Of a stretch of 64,000 bases of DNA, positions 27,648-40,194 are shown one piece after another. Position 1 is the first letter of the stretch; every line of letters starts with the position of its first letter. Source of the DNA: Octopus vulgaris (Eukaryota). The notes beneath the pieces are model-generated. The model saw only the letters and a program-made list of their open reading frames with translations. It ran no database searches and was not told the DNA's origin. Location: the NCBI GenBank assembly GCA_951406725.2, contig OX597822.1, positions 26,226,001 through 26,290,000 on the forward strand. Direction: 5' to 3'. Made by a program: the position numbers and the translations under genes.

Positions 27648-28170
27648 TTAATGATTTTTCACCCTATATCTGTAATATATATATATATATATATATATAG
27701 CCTCCATGCCGGTGGCACATAAAAAGCACCATCCGATCGTGGCCATTGCCAGCACAGAGTGGTTGGCGTTAGGAAGGGCATCCAGGCATAGAAACATTGT
27801 CAGATCAGACTGGGCCTGGTGCAGTCTTCTGGCTTCCCAGACCCCAGTTGAACCGTCCAACCCATGCTAGCATGGAAAGCGGATGCTAAACGATGATGAT
27901 GGTGATGATGATGATGTCCGTGCCAGTGACACATAAAAAGCACCAACCAATCATGGCTGCTGCCAGCCTCCTCTGGCCCCTGTTCAGTGGCACGTAAAAA
28001 GCACCCACTACACTCATGGAGTGGTTGGCGCTAGGAAGGGCATCCAGCTGCAGAAACACTGCCAGATCAGACTGGAACTTGGTGCAGCCTCCTGGCTTCC
28101 CAGACCCCAGTTGAACTATCAAACCCATACTAGCATGGAAAATGGATGTTAAACGATGATGATGATGATG

Positions 28171-28217
<47 letters not shown>

Positions 28218-28355
28218 GCTTCTTACAGTTTCCATCCGCCTGATCCACTCACAAGGCTTTGATCGGCTCGAGGTTATAGTAGAAGACACTTGCAGTGGGA
28301 CTGAACTTGGAACCATGTGGTTGGTAAGCAAGCTACTTACCACACAGCCACTCCT
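27345..28355 (-). mobile_element. SINE family A split by nested insertions in its internal (TA)n
   Basis: 3' half at 27345-27560 and 5' half at 28212-28355, in the same orientation. Confidence 0.8.
27700..28172 (+). mobile_element. Two head-to-tail family R elements (27700-27915, 27917-28172)
   Basis: Two successive AGGAAGGGCATCCAG...TAGCATGGAAA..TAAACGATGATG blocks. Confidence 0.85.
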
Positions 28356-29309
28356 AGATACATACATATACATACGTATGCTTTGATATTTTGTCTATGT
28401 ATAGTGATACTAATAACCTAGTGTTAGAACTCAATATACATGAGAAAAAGCATTGATCAAGTACTGAATGTAATATGAGACCGTATAAATGACAATGGGA
28501 AAAAGAAATTATATAACGAATTTCCTAAGCTTACAGCTGTTTCTGTCAGAGCTTGAAAAAAATATAAAGTGATACACAAGTACACAACTCTGAGTACATT
28601 AATATAGTTCTATATTTGAAAGATGAGGAATTGTGTACATTATGTACTCTTCTTAAAAGAGAGGACAACAATGAAAAGATGAGAATTAGAGAAAAGATGA
28701 GTCATTCAATTAGTAACCTCAAGGGAAGGAACAAGAGATGAAAGTTTAGCAGAACAACCAGCCTGGAATTATTTATTGAATAAAGATGAAAAAGAAAAGT
28801 CTCAGTAATGAAAGAGGGGTTGGAATTTAGCTGCCAAAACAGGGACCAACAATGTTAGAAACTAAATTTTGAATTTGATCAAAGTGGGAAAGAACATCAG
28901 CGGGGGTATTGCTCCAGAAGTGACAACATATTTCTTAAGAAATGAATAAAAGACATATAAAGACAAAGGATATGTTCAAAGATATGCTACTGATGAGCTT
29001 GACAGATATAGAACAAATCCATTATAGTAGTTAATAATGCAGTTATGTCTGTCATGGGTCGTAAGGCAAGTTAAGGTTTCCATGGTGATTGTGATTTCAA
29101 CACTCCCCCACTAACCGTTGGTTCATCACAGAGTTAACTTCTCAGCTTTTTGCTGGAACTCCTCTCCAGCTGAATGGACTGGAGCAATGTGGAATTAAGT
29201 ATTTGTCCCAAAACAAAGTTCTGATTGTGTATGCTACACCTTTACAACTCAGCCAAATGCCTTCACAAATTTAGCTATAGATTTAATATAATCATTCTAA
29301 GTAAATATG

Positions 29310-29560
29310 TTTAAAGAAGCCAAACAGCTTGAAGAAGAACACATCCTTGCCTTCAAAGCAAAATTCCAAAGCAAGAAAGACAACACATCACAGCCCTGCA
29401 GCATCTTCCTTGTTTGCAGATTTTGCAGATGAACTTGCTCGTCAAACATAGGAAGGATCAGCCATGAGAGAAGCTGCAGGAAGAAAACTACAAATATCTA
29501 ATTAAGACATTCTCCACTGCTTAGAGACTGTCTGTCAAGATGTAAAGAGCTGAATATATA
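29310..29560 (+). mobile_element. RTE-clade LINE 3' remnant (C-terminal zinc-finger-like motif)
   Basis: VCRFCR*TCSSNIGRISHERSC resembles the CxxCxRxCxSxIGLxSHxRxC/H end of RTE ORFs. Confidence 0.55.
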
Positions 29561-29578
29561 AACATACACAACAGAGAT

Positions 29579-29812
29579 AAGGCGGCGAGCTGGCAGAAAT
29601 ATTAGCACGCCGGACGAAATGCTTAGTGGTATTTCGTCTGCTGTTACGTTCTGAGTTCAAATTTCGCCGAGGTCGACTTTGTCTTTCATCCTTTCGGGGT
29701 CAATAAAATAAGAATCAGTTACGCACTGGGGTTGATGTAATCGACTTAATCCCTTTGTCAGTCCTTGTTTGTCCCCTCTATGTTTGGCCCCTTCTGGGCA
29801 GTAAAGAAATAA
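29579..29812 (+). mobile_element. SINE family B, well preserved
   Basis: Used as the reference copy of this family in the window. Confidence 0.88.
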
Positions 29813-29904
29813 GAGATAAACTTGACAATGTCTTAGTCAGGGACAGAGTGTAGTTTAAGGGAACAACCCTTCAGCTAGTTGACTAGTAACTTTATTCACT
29901 TAAT

Positions 29905-30152
29905 GTGGAGGTGAATGGCTTAGTGGTTAGGGTGTTGGGCTCATGATCATAAGATTGTGATTTCAATTCCTAGACCAGGCAACATGTGGTGTTCTTGAGC
30001 AAAACACTTCATTTCACTTTGCTCCAGTCCACTTAGCTGGCAAAAATGAGCAATCCTGTAATGGGCCAGCATCCCATCCAGGTGATGAATTTATACGCCA
30101 TGGAAACGAGGAAACTGGCCCTTATGAGTTAGCATGTCTCGAAAAGGTAACT
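29905..30152 (+). mobile_element. tRNA-headed SINE family C (related copies at 17770-17900 plus and 57870-58085 minus)
   Basis: A box TGGCTTAGTGG, decayed B box, tail GGAAACTGGCCCTTATGAG shared with 36832-37125. Confidence 0.8.
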
Positions 30153-30823
30153 GTACCTTATTGACTTAATAATCATTTCTAGCTCCAATACTTTGTCTAA
30201 TAGTCTTACTGAATCATGTGTGGTTCTATATCCCTCACTTAGAAATAGTATCTTTTATAACCAATGATGGTTTAATAATATTAACTTCTTGGATAACCAA
30301 AAAGAAAACTTGGTACCTGAGGAAATATCTATTATATATCTTTCTGTCTAATTAATCATTGCCATTAAGTATAAGGCTTATGTGTTTGTATTTCCTTACA
30401 CTTTTGTACTTGCAACCTTTCAACGATATTGCCAATTCAGCAGAATGCCAGGATATCTGAATGTAAACACAACAGTTTCTTTCTTTTGTATTTTTTCAAT
30501 TATTTTTATTATTCTTATTTTTTATTTTATCTTATGTTGTATTATCGTTATTATTGTTTTGCCTTCTTAGAAATATACACTGAAGAAACAAAAATGATTT
30601 CTTTGTATTTCATAGTTTTCAACCGAAAGTAAACAATCTTGTTAATTCAGTGAACTCAATAACAGATTGCTTTGTTTTTATTATATTTCTTGGGAATGTT
30701 TTAGAATAAAAGACTTTAGTGAATGGATTAGTATATTCACACACAGTTAGGATACTGCTGCTAGTTACAGAAGTTTACTTATTCCCAAGGTGTACTTGCC
30801 ATAAAAAAAAATAAAATAAAATA

Positions 30824-30904
<81 letters not shown>

Positions 30905-30937
30905 AAATAATAATAATACAAATAATAATAATAATAG

Positions 30938-31254
30938 TGGCATCTCAGGGCGACTACAGTACCAGTGATTGTGGAATCTCTAGGATTGATAAAAAAAGGT
31001 ACTGAAACCTATTTGAAAATGATACCAGGCTTACCATCTCGACAGGAAGTGCAAAAGATAGTGTTGACTGGAACGGCTCATGTACTGAGAAGAGCATTAT
31101 CGCTGTGAAAACAACATCCATTCATGAATTTATTTATTCATTAATTTTTTAAGTACATATTTTACCTGTGAATTTGTGTGTGTAATCTAGAAATGCATAC
31201 AATGAGGTTCTCTGCCCTAGGTGTATGGAAAACACCCGGCAAGAAATGGAAGGA

Positions 31255-31256
<2 letters not shown>
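30938..31256 (+). mobile_element. R4/Dong-type 3' end plus 3' UTR, embedded in (AAT)n on both sides
   Basis: WHLRATTVPVIVESLGLIKKGTETYLKMIPGLPSRQEVQKIVLTGTAHVLRRALSL*. Confidence 0.85.
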
Positions 31257-31320
<64 letters not shown>

Positions 31321-31429
31321 CTTTTACTTGTTTCAGTCATTTGACTGCAGCCATGCTGGAGCACCACCTTTAGTAGAGCAAATCAATCCCAGGACACAGA
31401 TGGGCAGCATGGACTTGCTTCTCTAGGTA

Positions 31430-31980
31430 GTGAGCTGCAAGCCCACTGATTTTCTTGGTTAATTGTCGCTCCTGAAACTGCCTCATAGTCCCTGAGAGTG
31501 GTGCCAATCACTTCTATATATTTATGATTTGACACACTACAGGGACATCGTCAGCATATGCTGACATGCATCTCCCACATCCTAGGTCACACAGGAGGCC
31601 TCTCAATGCCTCCGGTTTGTGTAGTAGTGGCTCGAGAGGGGACAACCTTGCCAAACTAAGCACATGAAGGTGAATGGCTCTGAGAGGTAACCATTCACTC
31701 TGACCACTGAACAGATGCCACTGTGCATCGCAGTAAGCCAGCCTCTGAATACAGTCCTGAAACCAGCTACCTTGAGGACTGCCACCAGGTATAGATGGTC
31801 GATCCTATCAAAATCTTTACACAGATCTAAATTGATTAGTGCCCCACCTATGCCAGGTTCTTTAGTCACTTTTTCAAGGATGTATCACATGAGGTGAAGG
31901 CTGTCGGGGATGGATCTTCTTGGGATCCATCCTACCAGATCCCCAACAACAAGTGCCAACTTCGTAGCTAATACCTTGGC
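31430..31980 (-). pseudogene. L1/Tx1-clade reverse transcriptase fragment
   Basis: ALINLDLCKDFDRIDHLYL..VRVNGYLSEPF..QGCPLS followed by AYADDV (YADD box) after a frameshift. Confidence 0.88.
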
Positions 31981-32538
31981 ACTGGCTCTCATGGCTTCTG
32001 ATCTTAACTGACTGGAAGTGCTATTGTGTACATGCTTGGTCTTAGAGCAGAAGATGGGCTACAGCGCAAAACAAATGACAAGCAAATCTGTGGTATTGAG
32101 CAGAATACCACATATTTGTTTGTCAGTTGTTTGACTTCAATCAGTTGAGCATGTCCCTTAGTGGCTGATGATATGTGCATCTCTGATCATGAGCAGAAGT
32201 AATGGGGAGCATCACAACCATGTGTTGAGAGGAATTCTTTGGGTTTGAATAATTCACCTTTGGAAACAAGAGTGTTTTGTTCAGCATCCTTAAATAACCC
32301 TCATTCAGGGACCTTTTGAGCAGGATGGCTACTCGACCTGAAGAAAATTCGTAACTGGACCCCCACCTGCAAAATCATGTGCTGTTTATCTTGATATGAG
32401 ATCACCATGTAACACACACACGGTTGTGATCCATGTGCCTGGTGTACCTTTAACAGACAGGTAGCCATGATGGGTATACTAGGCTTCATATATTTTACCT
32501 CAGTGTCACTTTGATGGCATGCACTGCTCTCTCACTCA

Positions 32539-32542
<4 letters not shown>
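31980..32542 (+). mobile_element. ~555-bp non-coding element ending in (AAT)n (family T)
   Basis: Reverse complement of 42560-43117. Confidence 0.88.
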
Positions 32543-32582
<40 letters not shown>

Positions 32583-32668
32583 CTTTGGAAGACTATAAAA
32601 AGTGCTGTGTAGAATTATAATGAACTCTAGTATGGCTTGAATGATAGTTGTGATTAGAATTCACAGAG

Positions 32669-33100
32669 TTAACCATTTAGTTACCAACCCACCTGAGAGT
32701 ACACCTTATTCAATGATACAAACTTCTCCTTTTAAGATGATTTAAATTAAAACCTTTCATCAAAATTTCATTTAATGTTTTGTCCCAAATAACCATTTAA
32801 ATAATTCTTTCTAATTTTGGCACAAGGCCAGCAATTTTAGGGGTGAGAGTAAGTCGATTACATTAAGAGTAAGTTGATTACGTTAATTTATTTTATTGAT
32901 CTCAAAAAGATGAAAGGCAAAGTTGAATTTGGCTGCAATTGAATTCTGAACACAAAAAGCTGGAAAATAGGACTCTAAGCATTTTGTCAAGTTTAACAAG
33001 TTTAATAATGAGTGTTATTTTTCTAAGTTCTTTATTGTCTTAAAAATTAATTGAAACAAAAGCACAGTATTTCAGGAGAAATATGGTAACAAGATGGATA
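32669..33100. mobile_element. TTAA-type MITE with a nested minus-strand SINE B
   Basis: Ends TTAACCATTTAGTTACC and GGTAACAAGATGGATAA; homologous to 17247-17465. Confidence 0.6.
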
Positions 33101-33697
33101 AGGAATGAAATTAAATAATCTGAACATTGATGGGTTTAGCATAACAGATTCTTTTCCATTTCATCATCTTCATTATAATCTTTCTCATCATTTTCACATC
33201 TGCCTTCCATTCAGAGTTACTACCACCTTTTTAGATCAGTTGAAGGACCTTGAAATTCTATTTTTGGCCTGGCTTCTATGACTGGATACCCTACCTAACA
33301 CTAACCACTTTTCAGAATGTACATGATGTATTTTATCATGGCACCAACTCTAGAGAAGTTGCTGGGCTCTCAGCAATGCTAAAAGATACTCTTGATCCAT
33401 CCTTGTCTCCACTTAGTTTATTTGCCAACCATTTCATAAAGTATAATTAAGCACACTTTATTGTGTTACCAGCACTAGTGAAGTTGCCTTATAATCTGTA
33501 TGATTAGAGAACCCTCACTACTTCACTGTGTTTCTATTTGATACTGGTAATGTAACCAAGAAGATGAATAGAAAAGAAAGCACAAATAAAGGGCTCAACA
33601 TTGGTTCTATGTCAACGTGTGTATATATACGAATTTTTTGTGTAATGAGATAAAAAAAAACCAAGGCTGTATATATTAGAGCATTTATAGATAGACG

Positions 33698-33752
33698 GTC
33701 TTACAGCTGTTTCTAGAATATTAATTAATAATAATATCCCTTCATCAGAGAC
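33698..33752 (-). ncRNA. Minimal type I hammerhead ribozyme motif
   Basis: Reverse complement GTCT-CTGATGA-a-GGGATATT(loop)AATATTCT-a-GAAA-CAGCTG-TA-AGAC. Confidence 0.82.
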
Positions 33753-34661
33753 GGTGTGAAAGGAAAAGTTAAGTCATAGTTAGTTTCGATGTGATATAAA
33801 TAGAGAGTGAGGTGGAGGAAAGAAAATAGATGTAAGATATGTATGGTTAATGAGAAAAGAAAGCAGTGATTAAAGAATTATGTGTTTACTCTAATTTTCT
33901 AAAATGAAATGTCTTAATCCAGAAATCGAACCATTGACATTACAATCATAAACCAAACTCTCTAACCACCAGGACACAAACTTTCATAAAACAACTGTAA
34001 ACTATTTGTAAGGCCTTTTTTTTTTTTCCTTGCTAAAATTTGCAGGTCCCAAGACAGTCAACCAATACTCATCTTGGTTCCGTTTTTGCAGTAGTGTTTT
34101 AAGACCAGATCCCCTTCCTAACACAATCCTTTTAGTTTTTGCTTACCACATGCAAGATTACTATACCTGTTTCACAACTGGGATACTTTTGAATATGTGC
34201 ATATTATAAACTATTTCTTTTGCACCTACTTCACCTATCTCAAATAACATGATTACGACACCCGATTAAGACACTGATATGAGTGAGTAGGAGCTTCGTT
34301 AGATATTTGGTAATATTTTCACTTTCATTCCTAAAATCCTGCTCATCATCATATCTAAACTGGTTTCAGTTTTCCATCATGAGTACAAGGCAAAGTAAGT
34401 CGAACTGAAATTACAAGAATATAATTGGTGCTGGCATGGCTGAGTGGTAAAGAAGTTTGGTTCCCCACCATGTGCTTTTGGGTTCAGTCCCACTTTGTGA
34501 CTCCTTAGACACCTTAGTCTTCTACTTTAGTCCCAGGCCAACCAAAACTTTGTGAGTGGATTTAGAACACAGAAGCTGAAAGCATCTAACTATCAGTCTG
34601 TCTGTCTGTCTATCTATCTATTTATAGCCATATGTGTGTGTGTGTGTGTGAGTGTGTGTAT

Positions 34662-34712
<51 letters not shown>

Positions 34713-34991
34713 CAAATAAGTAATAAGGATGTCAAGGTATTAATGCATTGATACCTTGACTAGTAACTTTATCCACTTAATGTGGAGGTGAATGGCTTAG
34801 TGGTTAGGGTGTTGGGCTCATGATCATAAGATACCTTGTTACTTATTTGCTTTTTATTCACCTTACTTCAAGCTGTGCAGACCATACTGAACTGATTTGG
34901 TGCTTCAACTTAAGTACCTAATTTAACAGAATCTTAATTACATATATATATTTATATATAAAATCAAATAATGTCATTGGAACAGGCCCAA

Positions 34992-35036
<45 letters not shown>

Positions 35037-35315
35037 AATATGTGTGTATGTTTATCTCTCCTTGTATTTCTCTTGAGTGGCAGTTGTAAATAAGTGCAAT
35101 CATCATATAAGTGATGCCATTCATTTCCAGTCTTCCATAGAAGTATGTCCAGCCATGGAGGATATATTACCTTGCTTGGAAACGGGTGAGGATTGGTGAC
35201 AGGAAAGTTATCCAGCCATAAGAAAAGAAATTCTGTCCCTGTAAATTCTGTCTGAACCCACACAATCATGTAAAAATGGTTTGGTAAAATGACAATATCA
35301 GTGGTGGTGGTGGTG

Positions 35316-35348
<33 letters not shown>

Positions 35349-36009
35349 TTGAGGATTATGATGATGATGATGATGATGAGAATGATGATGATGATGAGGA
35401 GGAGGAGGAGGAGGAGGGGAGGAGGAGGAAGATTGTGATGTATTACTACACTGAGCAATAGATACTCTAGCTAGTTTCCGTGGAAAACTTCAAAATCATA
35501 TTAATCTTCTCCAAACAAGATATTTGGTGTTTAATTTCAAGCTGATAATTACCAGCAGAGAATCACATTTTTTTTTCTGTATTTCAAGAACGTTTTAGCA
35601 GCAGTGCAACTTAAAAGTGTTTCTTTACATGAAATTATTTTGAAATTCATACACTCACCATGTATAAATAATGTTAACTTTATATTTTCTATATATAAAT
35701 TAAACATAGCATGTATGAGCCATTTAAAAAATTTTTTCATGACTTATTTATTCCTAATGACTACACTTTTTATGTTTTGCAACTAATTTTTTTTCAACAC
35801 ACACACACACACACACACTCACATAATTGGTCAGTTGTCCTTAAGTTTGAAGCACCTTCTAAAAAAATTTCCAAGCAGTTATATGCTATGTGGTTGAGAA
35901 GTATATCATTGTTTATACTCAGTCAGAAAGTTACCATTAGTTTCATATCTATCATTGCACTTGGTAAGATAGACGACTTACCTGACCTCCCAGCCAGAGG
36001 TACGTTGTC

Positions 36010-36700
36010 GTCTCTTTACTAATAGAGGTAAAAATACAGACTTGGTCAGTTTGGGAGTAAAAAATCCCCCGAATGGGAAAAATTCTGAAACAAAAATACC
36101 CATTCTGTGAAGAATAGAAGTACCTCTCTTTGTACAATTCTAACTGTGTCTGAAATGGACCAATTTATACACGCTTTTTTGTTCACTAGCCCACAAACAA
36201 GGAAAATCACGTTTCCAAAAATAAATTTTCTGTCATAAGAACACCACCTAAAAGTTTCACATTGTGAATTCAAGAGAAGCATCATTATGACATTTGCCAG
36301 CTATATACAGTATTTAAAAGAAGGAATACCATGGATTAATTGGAAGCTAATAGAACAACCTGAGCCATACCCCAATGGAATCAGACAGTACAAAATTTGC
36401 TTAGCTGAGAGGAAAATGGCCTGAAAAAATCTGCATGATCTGAGGGCCTTCTTGAATTCAAAATGCTAAACTGCCGACATTATTCAAAATTTGTTTTGAA
36501 AACATGGTCTTCCCCTTTTGCTGACTAGTGAACAAAAGACGTATATAAACTGACCCATTTTGGATGCAGGTGGAATTCAAGGGAGGTAATTCCGTCCCTC
36601 CCAGAATGGGTCTTTCTGTTTTGTTTTTTTTTTACCATTTCCAGAGATTTTCACCACCAAACTGACCAAGACTATATTTTCCCCTCCATTAGAAAAAAAG
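36010..36700 (+). mobile_element. Decayed Penelope-like element: endonuclease C-terminal remnant (about 36200-36505) between diverged inverted arms (36010-36190 and 36523-36700)
   Basis: TFASYIQYLKEG..INWKLIE..PYPNG..KICLAER..LLNSK..CRHYSKFVLK resembles the LSxYIWxLK..W..CxLCLxEK..LN..CRH tail of Penelope-like GIY-YIG proteins. Confidence 0.65.
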
Positions 36701-36831
36701 GGTTTGTGCATCCAGCCAACAGGTTTATTGAGTTGCTTCTATAGTCAAGTGCAATATTAGACATAAAAATCAAGGGCGAATTTCTGACCAGCCATAACCA
36801 ACAATATACTACATGGCTACATAGAATACAT

Positions 36832-37125
36832 GTTTGTTTGTTCCTTCTCGAGCCATGCCTGGCTCATTAGGGCCGGTTTCCCAGTTTCCTTGGCGTATAG
36901 GTTTTCCACCTGGACGGGATGCCGATCCATCGCAGGTGAGCTGCAAAATGCAGGAAGAAAGTTGTGGTGAAAGAGTCAGCAGAAATTTGCCATTACCTTC
37001 TGCCAGAGCTGTGTGGAGCTTAGGTGTTTCGCTCATAAACACACACATTGGCCAGTCTGAGATTTGAACCCGCGATCCCTCAACCGCAAGTCTGCTGCTC
37101 TAACCACTAGGCCATGTGCCTCCAC
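36832..37125 (-). mobile_element. Full-length tRNA-headed SINE (family C-related) with a 13-bp TSD
   Basis: A box TGGCCTAGTGG, B box GGTTCAAATCT, tail (AAAC)n; ACATAGAATACAT at both 36819-36831 and 37126-37138. Confidence 0.92.
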
Positions 37126-37152
37126 ACATAGAATACATACATATATATAGAT

Positions 37153-37692
37153 GCAGGCATGGCTGTGTGGTAAGAGGTTTGCTTCCAATCACATGGTCTG
37201 GTACCTTGGGCAAGTGTTTTCTACTATAGCCTTGGGCCGACCAAAGCCTTTTGAGTGGATTTAGTAGACAGAAACTGAAAGCCTATCATGTGTGTGTGTG
37301 CAAAATGTTACACAGGCGAAGGAGTGGCTGTGTGGTTCAGTCCCACTGCGTGGCACCTTGGGCAAGTGTCTTCTACTATAGCCTTGGGCCGACCAAAGCC
37401 TTGTGAGTGAATTTGGTAGACGGAAACTAAAAGAAGCCCGTCGTATGTATATATATATATATATATATATGTATGTACGTGTGTGTATGTTTGTGTGACC
37501 ATGTTTGTCCTCCTAACATCAATTGACAACCGATGCTGGTGTGTTTACATCCCCGTAACTTAGCTATGCAGTAAAAGAGACTGTTAGAATAAGTACTAGG
37601 CTTACAAAGAATAAGTCCTGGGGTCGATTTGCTCAACTAAAAGCGATGCTCCAGCATGGCCACAGTCACATGACTGAAACAAGTAAAAGAGT
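37153..37692 (+). mobile_element. SINE family A: 5' half (37153-37290) followed by a near-full copy (37320-37692)
   Basis: Homology to the full-length copies. Confidence 0.88.
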
Positions 37693-38380
37693 ATATAGAA
37701 TAAGATATCTGTATCTGTCTACACTGGAACAGACAATGATATATTATGCTGGTGGTAACTCACCCAAACCTCATATTATTCAAGTTGTAATGAAGATCTT
37801 GACAAAGATTCAAGTTCAAATATGAGTGGGTCTGTAACAAAATGGTTTTTAACACTTTTATAATTATTATTCTAATGAAATGTTTTTGTGTTTCAATTAA
37901 TTTTGAAAATAATCCAGAATTAAGATAACTGATCTCAATGTTAATGGTTACTTACTGAGTTAGTAGCAAGCAGCATATCTTCTGCTGCTTCTTTAATTTT
38001 TCTAATGTAAATATAATTTCTGTTTTTAATGTGAAATAAAAGTTCTGTTAAAGTCTATTAACTGCAAATTCTAGGTGTTCATACTGTCTTTATTAATCCG
38101 CCATTGTCATCATCATCATTTTACATCTGTTGTCTGTACATTGAACAATTGTAATCTGAACACACACACACACACACACACATGCACACACACAAACATA
38201 CACACATGCATGCACACAGAGCAACAGAGAAAATCAACCAATCTCATTGTTGCACTTGTTATATACTTGCTGTGGAGTATTAATCTTTTGCGGATTCTCT
38301 CTCCACAAAGCACTTCACAGTGTGATCTAGAGGTATTTCATGAGGGTGGTGGTGTTGGCAGAAACGTTAGCACGCTGGGT

Positions 38381-39149
38381 GAATGGATCACAGACTGGCA
38401 ACTGAAACTGGCTGTGGACAAGTGTACCACCATGCATTTTGGGAGAAAAAACCCTGCGTTCACATACTCCCTCCACAACACTGATATCAAGAAATCCTCT
38501 TGCGAGCGTGACCTAGGCATCACTGTCAGCAGTGATTTGCGTTGGTCAAAGCATATCTCTAAGATTGTCAGGAAGGCCGAGGGTGTCTTGGCATCACTCA
38601 GCAGGTCTTTTGTTAGCCGCTCTCCAGCCATCTATTTAAAACTGTATACAGCTATGGTACGACCACACTTGGAATTCGCATCATCAGTTTGGAACCCCTA
38701 TCTTGCACAGAACATTGACCTCCTGGAATCTGTCCAGAGACGTGCAACCAAACGCATACCCTCCATCAGACACCTACCATATTCTGAGTGCCTTGTTTCC
38801 CTGGGCATGGATTCACTGAAGCTCCGGCGTTTGGCGACGGACTTGGTAAACACCCACAAAGTTATCAACCACCTCACCAACAACAACACTGAACACCTTT
38901 TTGATCTCCATGTGTCTAACACACGTGGACATGCCTACAAAGTCAGAAAACAATACAGCTCCCATGACTTTCGGAAACATTTTTTCACGCTCAGAGTTGC
39001 TGAAGCATGGAATAAACTGCCTGCGTCAGTTGTTGACTGCCATGACACTGCATCTTTTAAGGCCCTCATGCTTTCCGAAATCCGCCGAAACTACACCTGA
39101 TTATATATACACTTTAGATGAGTTGTAGTGCACCTGAGCACTGTACACA

Positions 39150-39216
<67 letters not shown>
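38381..39216 (+). mobile_element. 5'-truncated CR1-group LINE (ORF to 39100, (TTA)n tail) inserted into a SINE B
   Basis: WQLKLAVDKC..ERDLGITVSSDLRWSKHI..VRPHLEFASSVWNP..LESVQRRATK..TRGHAYK..FFTLRVAEAWNKLP; SINE B halves at 38343-38383 and 39215-39400. Confidence 0.93.
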
Positions 39217-39218
<2 letters not shown>

Positions 39219-39696
39219 TCATCTGTCGTTACCTTCTGAGTTCAAATTCCGCCAAGGTCAACTTTGTCTTTCATTTTTTCGGGGTCGATTAAATAAGTAC
39301 CAGTTATGCACTGGGATCGATATAATTGACTTAATCCGTTTGTCTGTCCTTATTTGTCTCCTCTGTGTTTAGACCCTTGTGGGTAGTAAAAGAAATAGGT
39401 ATTGGGGGTTACCAGAAATAGTGAAATTATTTTCAGAAGGAGTCAAGAATACCCCTTACTGTTGACTCCATTGCAACATGTACACTTCACATCTCCCCCA
39501 TTAACAAATCACCTAATATCAATATTCTATAATTAAATCTGGTTCAGAACAATAAACACTTTTTAGTGGTATTAACCCCTTGATTTTTTTATTCATTTAC
39601 TTGTTTCAGTCAATTGACTGCAGCCATGCTGGAGCACCACCTTGAAGGATTTACTTCATCAAATTGATTTGAGTGCTTATTTTATCTTTTTAATGA

Positions 39697-39995
39697 TTCG
39701 AGCAAGGTCGTTGCCAGTGCTGCTGGACTGGCTCTTGTGCAGGTGGCACATAAAAAGCACCATTTGAGCGTGGCCATTGCCAGTACTGCCTGACTGGCCC
39801 TCATGCCGGTGGTACGTAAAAGCACCCACTACACTCTCAGAGTGGTTGGTGTTAGGAAGGGCATCCAGCTGTAGAAACTCTGCCAGATCAGATTGGAGCC
39901 TGGTGCAGCCATCTGGTTCACCAGACCTCAGTCAAATCATCCAACCCATGCTAGCATGGAAAGCAGATGTTAAACAATGATGATGATGATGATGA
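39697..39995 (+). mobile_element. Family R element nested in a decayed minus-strand SINE A (39595-40110)
   Basis: Homology to both families. Confidence 0.8.
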
Positions 39996-40145
39996 ATGCT
40001 GATACTTATTCTATTGAACATTTTTGTTGAACTGCTAAGTTACACAGATGTAAACAAACCATCACAGGTTATTCAAGCAATAGTGAGGGGGGAAAACACA
40101 AAGACTTGCATACATAAAATACATGTGCAGACACACAGACACACA

Positions 40146-40194
<49 letters not shown>

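Noticed and set aside
26091-27680. 1.6-kb transposon defined by ~40-bp perfect inverted ends (26091-26133 and 27641-27680)
   Set aside because: The right-hand copy is nested inside a SINE that extends beyond it, so two separate insertions of one TA-associated family are more parsimonious.
37050-37125. tRNA gene (also the heads at 29905, 41793, 43200 and 16826)
   Set aside because: A and B boxes are present but acceptor stems are not convincing and the sequences continue into repeat bodies, one with a TSD.
38075-39100. 341-aa ORF as a cellular gene
   Set aside because: Chimeric read-through of microsatellite, SINE head and LINE 3' end; only about 38381-39100 is protein-like.
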